From Cupriavidus necator (GTDB lineage: Bacteria > Pseudomonadota > Gammaproteobacteria > Burkholderiales > Burkholderiaceae), in contig NZ_CP066018.1 of assembly GCF_016127575.1 (NCBI RefSeq), positions 2,910,001 to 2,942,000 on the forward strand: a DNA stretch of 32,000 nt. The letters run 5' to 3'. Positions 25,907 to 32,000 of the stretch are shown here, piece by piece. Below the pieces are notes generated by a model, which saw nothing but the letters and a program-made list of their open reading frames with translations, had not been told where the DNA came from and searched no databases. Each line of letters begins with the position of its first letter. The stretch's first letter is position 1. Both the position numbers and the translations under genes were made by a program.

Positions 25907-26945
25907 CAGCCCGGTGCTGCCGATGCCCGCGCGCGATCCACGCGCCCAGCGTTCGCTGCGCGTGGCGAGCGGCACCGCGCTGTGCCTGGCGGCCAGCTTC
26001 GGCCTGGGCCTGCCGATCCCCATGCTCGCGCCGGTGCTCGGCGTGTTCCTGCTGGCCAGCGTCAACCAGCCGGTGTCGCCCAAGGCCGGGCTGGGCCTGG
26101 TGCTGGTCGTGATGCTGACCACCGGCACTGGCCTGCTGCTGATCCCCATGCTGCGCTACTACCCCGTCAGCGGCGTGCTGATGATCGGCCTGTGCCTGTT
26201 CCTGGCCTTTAGCTACGGACTGCGCGGCGGCAACAACCTGGTCTCCACCTTCCTGGTGATCGGCCTGACCATGATCTCGGCGGCGGGCACCTTCGATTTC
26301 GGGCTGGCGGTCATGGTCATCGGTGCCCTGGTCAAGGGGCTGCTCGTCGCGGTCGTGGTGCTGGCACTTTGCCACTGGCTCTTTCCCGAACCGGCCGGCG
26401 CGCAGGCGCGGCCTGCGGCCAAGGCCTTGCCGGATGACCAGGCCGCCTGGATTGCGCTGCGTGCGGCGCTGGTGGTGATGCCGGCCTTCCTGCTGGCGCT
26501 GAACGACCCGGCCGCGTACATCCCGATCATCATGAAAGCGGTCAGCCTCGGCCGGCAAAGCTGCACCACCACGGCACGCGGCGCCGGGCGCGAACTGCTT
26601 GGCTCGACCTTGTTCGGTGGCGTGCTGGCCATCCTGTTCTGGTGCGCACTCAGCCTGTTCGTGCATTTGTGGATGTACTTCCTGTGGATGCTGCTGTTTG
26701 GCCTGCTGGCGGCGCGCAAGCTGTATGGCCTCAGCCCGTCGCGGTACCCGCCAGGCTTCTGGGTGAACACTCTGGTGACGCTGATCATCCTGCTGGGCCA
26801 GTCCGTGCAGGACAGCGCGGCCGGGAAGGATGTCTATACCGCCTTCGCCGTGCGCATGGGCCTGTTTGTCGGCGTCACGCTGTATGCCTGGCTGATGATC
26901 GAGCTGCTCGACCAGCCGCGCGGCGCACGACGGCATGCCCGCTGA
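25896..26945 (+). CDS. DUF2955/FUSC-like inner-membrane protein (putative pump component)
   Basis: Overlaps the adaptor gene stop by 11 nt. It is a 349-aa polytopic protein with a FUSC-like N-terminus (LRVASGTALCLAASFGLGLPIPMLAPVLGVFLLAS). The family name is recalled from memory and has not been searched. Confidence 0.65.
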   Translation: MSTDSPVLPMPARDPRAQRSLRVASGTALCLAASFGLGLPIPMLAPVLGVFLLASVNQPVSPKAGLGLVLVVMLTTGTGLLLIPMLRYYPVSGVLMIGLCLFLAFSYGLRGGNNLVSTFLVIGLTMISAAGTFDFGLAVMVIGALVKGLLVAVVVLALCHWLFPEPAGAQARPAAKALPDDQAAWIALRAALVVMPAFLLALNDPAAYIPIIMKAVSLGRQSCTTTARGAGRELLGSTLFGGVLAILFWCALSLFVHLWMYFLWMLLFGLLAARKLYGLSPSRYPPGFWVNTLVTLIILLGQSVQDSAAGKDVYTAFAVRMGLFVGVTLYAWLMIELLDQPRGARRHAR

Positions 26946-26956
26946 AGAGGCCGGTC

Positions 26957-27406
26957 ATGCTGAGCAACCTGCTGATCGGCCTTCCCGTAATGCTGCTCTG
27001 CCTGCTGCTGCAGGCGGTCTTCGTGGCTATCTGCCTGCGCTACTACGTGCGCTTCAAGCATGTCCGGCAAGGCCGCGAATCGCTCGGGCAGGACATCCTG
27101 CTGTTGTCGGTCGTGATGGTGCTGATGTTGCTCGGCAACTTCGTGCAGATGGCGATCTGGGCCGTCTTGTTCATGCTGTTGGGCGAGTTCGGCGATTTCG
27201 CCACCGCGCTCTATCACTCGGGCGTGAACTTCGCCACGCTGGGCTACGGCGATATCGTCATGTCCGAAGCCCGGCGCTTGCTGGGGCCGCTCGAGGCGGC
27301 CAACGGCATCCTGATGTTCGGCGTCTCCACCGCAGTGATGACCGCGGCGGTGCTGGACGTGATCAAGCGCAACCCGGCCAAGCTGCGGCAGGACGAGGGG
27401 CCATAG
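26957..27406 (+). CDS. Small K+-channel-like protein (pore-loop family, TLGYGD filter)
   Basis: ATG 26957 has AGAGG 7 nt upstream. Hydrophobic helices flank a pore helix plus selectivity-filter sequence (ALYHSGVNFATLGYGD). The upstream part of the tracked ORF (26642-26956) overlaps the previous gene and is discarded. Confidence 0.8.
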   Translation: MLSNLLIGLPVMLLCLLLQAVFVAICLRYYVRFKHVRQGRESLGQDILLLSVVMVLMLLGNFVQMAIWAVLFMLLGEFGDFATALYHSGVNFATLGYGDIVMSEARRLLGPLEAANGILMFGVSTAVMTAAVLDVIKRNPAKLRQDEGP

Positions 27407-27617
27407 GGATGGGGGCGTCGGGCGCAGCCCGGGCCGGGACTGGGACGGTTCTAATATCGGATGCCGAATCGCGGGCGGGGTCGGGCAATCGATGCATCCC
27501 GATCTCTGCGAAAGCTGGCCCGCCGCGGGCGACTCTTCGGCCGGCTGCACTCGCCATTCAACGATCCAGGGAAACTCTGATGATTGCACGGCGAGCAAGC
27601 ATAGCGGGCGCCACAAA

Positions 27618-27667
27618 GCAGCGCGGCGGTGGGGCCAGGCACAGGCCTGGCCCCACCGCCGCGCTGC
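27618..27667. terminator. Long perfect hairpin, bidirectional terminator-like, between convergent genes
   Basis: A 23-bp perfect stem (GCAGCGCGGCGGTGGGGCCAGGC / GCCTGGCCCCACCGCCGCGCTGC) with a 4-nt loop. It is followed by GTTTTCC on the plus strand and TTTGTGG on the minus strand. Confidence 0.65.
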
Positions 27668-27677
27668 GTTTTCCCGG

Positions 27678-27929
27678 TCAGGAAATCGTGTAGGTGGTAC
27701 GTTCCCCGGGGTTGTAGAGGTCCCTGGCCAGTTGCAGGATCTGGTCCCGATGATGGTCGAAGGTGGCGAGAAGGGCGGATTCTTCCGCGGCACCCTGGTG
27801 GCTCAGGCGCAGAAGGATTTCGTCAGTGACCTGAAAGGCCACTTCGCGCGCGTTGTCGTAGCCCCAGAAGCAAACGCAGTGCCGCGCCGCATCGTAGCTG
27901 CGGCTGGGATTGGGAAAATTCAGTGCCAT
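27678..27929 (-). CDS. DUF1488-like small protein
   Basis: The 83-aa product starts at MALNFPNPSRSYD, with CAGGAG upstream. CFWGYDNAREVAFQVTDEILL matches my recollection of the DUF1488 family. The longer tracked ORF (to 28169) is unsupported. Confidence 0.6.
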   Translation of the reverse strand: MALNFPNPSRSYDAARHCVCFWGYDNAREVAFQVTDEILLRLSHQGAAEESALLATFDHHRDQILQLARDLYNPGERTTYTIS

Positions 27930-28154
27930 TGCAGACTCCTGTCCGGTCACGGTACGCCGTGCGTGTTGGGCTTGCTGGCGCCAGCCGGTGCTGCCGCCCC
28001 CAGTATGCGCCTGTTTCCCGCAAGCTGGGCATGTGTCCCTGCGGCCTGCTGGAGCGCATGGCGCGTTCTTCGCGAAAGATATTTCCTTCGCCGGCGATTT
28101 AGCGCGTATGCTGGGATTGCCATTATCTCCAGGCAAGCCATTCAGGAGCCCATC

Positions 28155-28289
28155 ATGGCCAAGAGTCAACTACGCAGCAGCCGCGAAGCCAAGAAACCCA
28201 AGCAACCGAAAAAGCCATCCGTGCCGGCCTCACCCTTCAGCACGGTCCAGTTTCGCGGGCACGATGAGGTCGCCAAGAAGAAGAAATGA
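28155..28289 (+). CDS. Small Lys-rich protein (44 aa), unannotated class
   Basis: AGGAG lies 6 nt upstream of the ATG. The product is MAKSQLRSSREAKKPKQPKKPSVPASPFSTVQFRGHDEVAKKKK. Its stop overlaps the next start in an ATGA. Confidence 0.45.
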   Translation: MAKSQLRSSREAKKPKQPKKPSVPASPFSTVQFRGHDEVAKKKK

Positions 28290-28456
28290 CTGAGACCGAC
28301 AGTGCAGGGGTCGTCTGGTCCCTTGTGTTCCTGGCCGCGTTGGTCGGGGTCTACGGCTACATCATCCGGGTGGGCATCCACCACAAGCCGGTGTTCGGCA
28401 TAGCGAAGCACTCGCTTCGGTACTGGTGGCACCGGCTGGTCCACGTGACCAAGTAA
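28286..28456 (+). CDS. Small single-TM protein (56 aa), below the ORF-track cutoff
   Basis: Hand translation gives MTETDSAGVVWSLVFLAALVGVYGYIIRVGIHHKPVFGIAKHSLRYWWHRLVHVTK. Third-position GC is about 90% by hand count. It is linked to the preceding ORF by the ATGA overlap. Confidence 0.5.
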   Translation: MTETDSAGVVWSLVFLAALVGVYGYIIRVGIHHKPVFGIAKHSLRYWWHRLVHVTK

Positions 28457-28616
28457 GCAACGCCGGCCAGTCAGGCCGGCGCGGGCAAGATTTGCGGTTT
28501 TGCCGCACAATACAGCCTGCGCGCCGCACAGGAGCACGCTGGATCGATCAGAGGCGAGGGCACTGACCTCGCCCGTCAGCGGGCGGCATTTTGTTGAACA
28601 TCCTGCAATCCTGTAC

Positions 28617-29867
28617 ATGGCCGCCCCACATGCACATTCCGCCGCGGATCCCGTCCGCGGCGCAGACACTTCCGTTTCTTTCCGCGATAGCAATCCATCC
28701 GGCCGCCTGCCGCTGCTGGCGCTCGGGGTCGGCAGCTTCGGCATCGGCACCGGCGAATTCGTCATCATGGGCCTGCTGCCCGATGCCGCCAGCGACCTCG
28801 CCATCTCCATCCCGCAAGCCGGCCACCTGATCAGCGCCTATGCGCTGGGCGTGGTCATCGGCGCGCCGCTGCTGGCGGTGCTGGGCGCGCGCTGGCCGCG
28901 GCGCAACCTGCTGATCGCGCTGATGGCGGTGTTTGCCGCCGGCAATATCGCCAGCGCGCTGGCGCCTTCCTATCTGTCGATGATGGTGGCGCGCCTGCTC
29001 ACGGGTTTTCCGCATGGCACGTACTTTGGCGTGGCGGCGCTGGTGGCCGCCAGCCTGGTCCCGCGCGAACGGCGCGCGCAGGCGGTGGGGCTGGTGATGC
29101 TGGGCCTGACCACTGCCACGCTGGTGGGCGTGCCGATCGCCGCCACGGTCGGCACCTGGCTGGGCTGGCGCTCGGCCTTCGTGATTGTCGGTGCCCTCGG
29201 TGCACTGACGGCGCTGCTGGTGTGGCGGTGGGTCCCGTTCGTGCCGGCCGACCGGCGTGCCAGCCCGCTGCGCGAGCTGTCGGCGCTCAAGCGCAAGCAG
29301 GTCTGGCTGACGCTCGGTATCGGTGCGATCGGCTTCGGCGGCATGTTCTCGGTGTTCAGCTATATCAAGCCGACCATGCTCGAGCTGGCGCATATGCCGG
29401 CGGCGGGTATCCCGGTGGTGCTGGCCTTGTTCGGCATCGGCACGGTGGCGGGCAACCTTGCCGGCGCGAAGCTGGCCGACAAGGCATTGATGCCGACCAT
29501 CGGCGGCGTGCTGGTGTGGGCGGCGCTGGTGCTGGGCGCCTTCGCCTTGACCGCGTCGCATCCCTGGCTGGCTGCCATCAATGTGCTGCTGGTGGGCACC
29601 ACGGTGGCACTGGGCCCGGCCTTGCAGATCCGGCTGATGGATGTCTCCGGCGACGCGCAGACGCTGGCCGCGGCCCTCAACCACTCGGCCTTCAACATGG
29701 CCAACGCGCTCGGCGCGTGGCTGGGCGGGGTGACCATTGCCGCCGGCTACGGCTGGGAGTCCACCGGCTGGGTCGGCCTGCTGCTGGCGCTGGGCGGCCT
29801 GGTGGTCTATGCGTGGTCGATGCTGAGCATGGGCCGGCAGGGCGCGCCAGTCGCGGCGCAGGCGTGA
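28617..29867 (+). CDS. MFS transporter, AraJ/YdhP-like (DHA1 type)
   Basis: Twelve predicted helices. The N-terminal motif GIGTGEFVIMGLLPDAASDLAISIPQAGHLISAYALGVVIGAPLL is typical of the AraJ/YdhP group. ATG 28617 is preferred to the upstream non-ATG start at 28500. Confidence 0.85.
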   Translation: MAAPHAHSAADPVRGADTSVSFRDSNPSGRLPLLALGVGSFGIGTGEFVIMGLLPDAASDLAISIPQAGHLISAYALGVVIGAPLLAVLGARWPRRNLLIALMAVFAAGNIASALAPSYLSMMVARLLTGFPHGTYFGVAALVAASLVPRERRAQAVGLVMLGLTTATLVGVPIAATVGTWLGWRSAFVIVGALGALTALLVWRWVPFVPADRRASPLRELSALKRKQVWLTLGIGAIGFGGMFSVFSYIKPTMLELAHMPAAGIPVVLALFGIGTVAGNLAGAKLADKALMPTIGGVLVWAALVLGAFALTASHPWLAAINVLLVGTTVALGPALQIRLMDVSGDAQTLAAALNHSAFNMANALGAWLGGVTIAAGYGWESTGWVGLLLALGGLVVYAWSMLSMGRQGAPVAAQA

Positions 29868-29910
29868 TGCAGGCGGACCTGGTGGGTGCGCGCGCAGGTC
29901 TGCAAGGAAC

Positions 29911-29945
29911 AAAAAAGGGGTGCCTCATCGGGCACCCCTTTTTCA
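29911..29945. terminator. Bidirectional rho-independent terminator between the MFS gene and fabI
   Basis: AAAAAAGGGGTGCC-tcatc-GGCACCCCTTTTTC is a 9-bp GC-rich stem flanked by an A-run and a T-run. Confidence 0.85.
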
Positions 29946-29970
29946 TCCGCGGTCCGCTGGCGGGACGGGC

Positions 29971-30759
29971 TTACTCTGCGTCCGCGACGCTGGCGCCGAC
30001 CACGTTGAAGCCGCCGTCGACATAGGTGATCTCACCGGTCACGCCGCTGGCCAGGTCGGACAGCAGGAAGGCGGCCACGTTGCCGACTTCTTCGATGGTG
30101 ACGTTGCGGCGCAGCGGCGCGGCCTGCTCGAAGTGGCCGAGCAGCTTGCCGAAGCCCTTGATGCCCGAGGCGGCCAGGGTCTTGATCGGGCCGGCGGAGA
30201 TGCCGTTGGCGCGGATGCCACGCGGACCGACCGACGAGGCCAGGTAGCGCACGCTGGCTTCCAGCGAGGCCTTGGCCAGGCCCATGGTGTTGTAGTTGGG
30301 AACCACGCGCTCTGCGCCCAGGTAGGTCAGCGTCAGCAGCGAGGCCTTGTCCGATAGCAGCGGCAGCGCGGCCTTGGCCAGCGCCGGGAAGCTGTAGGCG
30401 GAGATGTCATGGGCGATGCGGAAACCTTCGCGCGACAGGCCTTCCAGGAAGTCGCCGGCGATCGCCTCGCGCGGCGCGAAGCCGATCGAGTGCACCAGGC
30501 CGTCGAACTTATCCCAGCGCTGGCCCAGCGCGGCGAAGGTCGCGGCGATCTGCTCGTCGCTGCCGACGTCGCATTCGAACACCAGGTCGCTGCCGAATTC
30601 CTTGGCAAAGTCGCTGATCCGGTCCTTGAACCGTTCGCCGACATAGGTGAAGGCCAGTTCGGCGCCTTCGCGTTTGCACGCCGACGCGATGCCATAGGCG
30701 ATCGACCGGTTAGAGAGCAAGCCGGTGATCAGGATCCGCTTACCTGCCAGAAATCCCAT
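29971..30759 (-). CDS. fabI: Enoyl-[acyl-carrier-protein] reductase (NADH) FabI
   Basis: [25 protein letters not shown] is the Rossmann motif typical of FabI. The catalytic Tyr/Lys region is [20 protein letters not shown], and [13 protein letters not shown] is also present. GGAGA lies upstream of ATG 30759. The upstream extension of the tracked ORF is discarded. Confidence 0.93.
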   Translation of the reverse strand: MGFLAGKRILITGLLSNRSIAYGIASACKREGAELAFTYVGERFKDRISDFAKEFGSDLVFECDVGSDEQIAATFAALGQRWDKFDGLVHSIGFAPREAIAGDFLEGLSREGFRIAHDISAYSFPALAKAALPLLSDKASLLTLTYLGAERVVPNYNTMGLAKASLEASVRYLASSVGPRGIRANGISAGPIKTLAASGIKGFGKLLGHFEQAAPLRRNVTIEEVGNVAAFLLSDLASGVTGEITYVDGGFNVVGASVADAE

Positions 30760-30969
30760 AAGTTCTCCAAGGTGGTGTATCAGGCACGCTTCGTGCGTCC
30801 GCCGTGCGGCCGTGCGCGTGCTTTGCTGTCTTGCGGCCGTTTTTATTGCGCCGCGCAGAGGGAATGTCCGGATGGCTGGCGCCACCCCCGACGCATGTAA
30901 AATTGTCTCATACTTGGCCCGGCCGCAGAATGCCGGGCCCCACAGGTCATAGTGGAGGAATCCAACGGG

Positions 30970-32000
30970 ATGCCTATTCAAGCACGTTGGCCGCTTCAGG
31001 CGGCATGGCAGTGCTTCCGGCGGGATGCGGTACTGCGCGGTTGGGTCGCAAGCGGGCTGGCGATGGCGCTGGCGGCGGGGGTCTCTCTCTTTTCAAATCC
31101 GGCGCTGGCGGCGCATGGCTTCGCGCTGCACGGGGACCTGAAGTACCAGGCGGATTTCCGGCATTTCGACTATGCCAATCCCAATGCACCCGCCGGCGGC
31201 ACGCTGACACTCGCCAATCCGGACCGGCGCACCAGTTTCGACAAGTTCAATCCGTTCACGCTGAAGGGCACGTCGGCGCCCGGCCTGAACGCGCTGATGT
31301 TCGAGTCGCTGCTGATCAGCAGCGCCGACGAGAGCGCGAGCGCCTATGGCTTGCTCGCCGAGGATGTCACGGTGGCGCCGGACGAGCTGTCGGTCACGTT
31401 CACCATCCGGCCCCAGGCGCGCTTCTCCAATGGCGACCCGGTGCTGGCGTCGGATGTCAAATATTCTTATGACATGCTGATGAGCAAGGCCTCGAGTCCG
31501 GGCTATCGCAGCATGTGTACCGATGTGAAGGCGGTGATCGTCGCCGGCGAGCGCACAGTGCGCTTCGAATTCAAGCAGCGCAACCGCGAGCTGCCGCTGA
31601 TCGTAGGCTCGCTGCCGGTGTTCTCGAAGAAATGGACGGCCAAGGTTCCGTTCGAGAAGCTGACCTTCGAGCCGCCGGTCACCAGTGGCCCCTACCTGAT
31701 CGAGCGCTATGACGCCGGCCGCGGCATCATCTTCCAGCGCGACCCGAAGTACTGGGGCAAGGATCTCGCGGTGCGCCGCGGCACCTTCAATTTCGCGCGC
31801 GTGGCCTACCGCCTGTACAAGGACGAGACCGCCAAGCTCGAGGCATTCAAGGCAGGGGAGTTCGACGCCATCGTCGAATACAAGGCCAAGAACTGGGCCA
31901 AGAGCTACCAGGGCACCCGCTTTCGCAACGGCGAGCTGCTGAAGACCGAGTTCCCGCACCGCAACGGTGCAGGCATGCAGGGCTTCGTGATGAATATGCG
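30970..32000 (+). CDS. ABC transporter substrate-binding protein, family 5 (YejA/oligopeptide-like), 5' partial
   Basis: Not in the ORF track because the frame runs off the window. ATG 30970 follows GGAGGA. The signal peptide ends ALA-AHG, followed by [22 protein letters not shown] and a [17 protein letters not shown]-type family-5 motif. Confidence 0.8.
   Translation, partial: MPIQARWPLQAAWQCFRRDAVLRGWVASGLAMALAAGVSLFSNPALAAHGFALHGDLKYQADFRHFDYANPNAPAGGTLTLANPDRRTSFDKFNPFTLKGTSAPGLNALMFESLLISSADESASAYGLLAEDVTVAPDELSVTFTIRPQARFSNGDPVLASDVKYSYDMLMSKASSPGYRSMCTDVKAVIVAGERTVRFEFKQRNRELPLIVGSLPVFSKKWTAKVPFEKLTFEPPVTSGPYLIERYDAGRGIIFQRDPKYWGKDLAVRRGTFNFARVAYRLYKDETAKLEAFKAGEFDAIVEYKAKNWAKSYQGTRFRNGELLKTEFPHRNGAGMQGFVMNM

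Noticed and set aside
23208-26936. Very long antisense ORFs (23208-24848, 24665-26149 and 25848-26936, all minus). Similar ones occur at 1498-2649 (+), 3719-4567 (-), 9896-10888 (+), 10164-11060 (-), 28548-29912 (-) and 31093-31959 (-).
   Set aside because: These are typical shadow ORFs of a high-GC genome. They lie opposite or out of frame to genes with clear family motifs. Their translations are Arg/Ala/Gly/Pro/His-rich low-complexity strings with no recognisable domains.
26642-26956. The long N-terminal extension of the K+-channel-like ORF in the supplied track.
   Set aside because: It lies entirely inside the DUF2955/FUSC-like gene in another frame. A good RBS-ATG pair at 26957 gives a protein starting at the first TM helix.
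1-32000. Scanned for CRISPR-like spaced repeats, rRNA, IS-element ends or transposases, toxin-antitoxin pairs and known defence-system genes.
   Set aside because: None seen. The only repeated motifs I could verify are the 19-bp dyad pair and short promoter-region repeats reported above.

Overview
High-GC (about 65-70%) betaproteobacterial chromosome, Cupriavidus/Ralstonia-like by gene content and the presence of Bug/TctC genes. Left third is conserved core: phoR, convergent ppk1, divergent ppx with Pho-box-like sites between them, an OlsB-like N-acyltransferase, sixA, an infA paralogue with a TTG start, a 4-TM protein, a membrane-anchored DnaQ-like protein, tRNA-Pro(UGG), a membrane GGDEF cyclase and tRNA-Arg(UCU). 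Just downstream of tRNA-Arg lies a decayed ggt fragment. After it comes a visibly AT-richer block (about 12.2-21.6 kb) holding a porin, an HTD2/MaoC-type enoyl-CoA hydratase, a family III CoA-transferase, a fumarase/adenylosuccinate-lyase superfamily enzyme, a divergent LysR regulator, a secreted Bug/TctC binding protein and a single ORF fusing a PrpF-family isomerase to a signal-less Bug domain. The block ends against a truncated patatin-like lipoprotein gene. Right third: a tightly packed same-strand run of AI-2E transporter, NodT outer-membrane factor, HlyD adaptor, DUF2955/FUSC-like membrane protein and a small K+-channel-like protein. This is followed by DUF1488, two untracked small ORFs joined by an ATGA overlap, an AraJ-like MFS transporter, fabI and the 5' part of a family-5 ABC binding protein. 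I saw no rRNA, CRISPR array, transposase or integrase. Most notable: the PrpF::Bug fusion; a 19-bp dyad shared by the porin promoter and the lysR-bug intergenic region; the remnant-bounded accessory block at tRNA-Arg; a DEDDh-like protein with substituted catalytic positions and a C-terminal TM anchor; a near-consensus promoter with a roughly 250-nt structured leader ahead of the GGDEF gene; and the five-gene export/channel operon. Everything rests on reading the sequence and ORF translations by eye. No database search was run.
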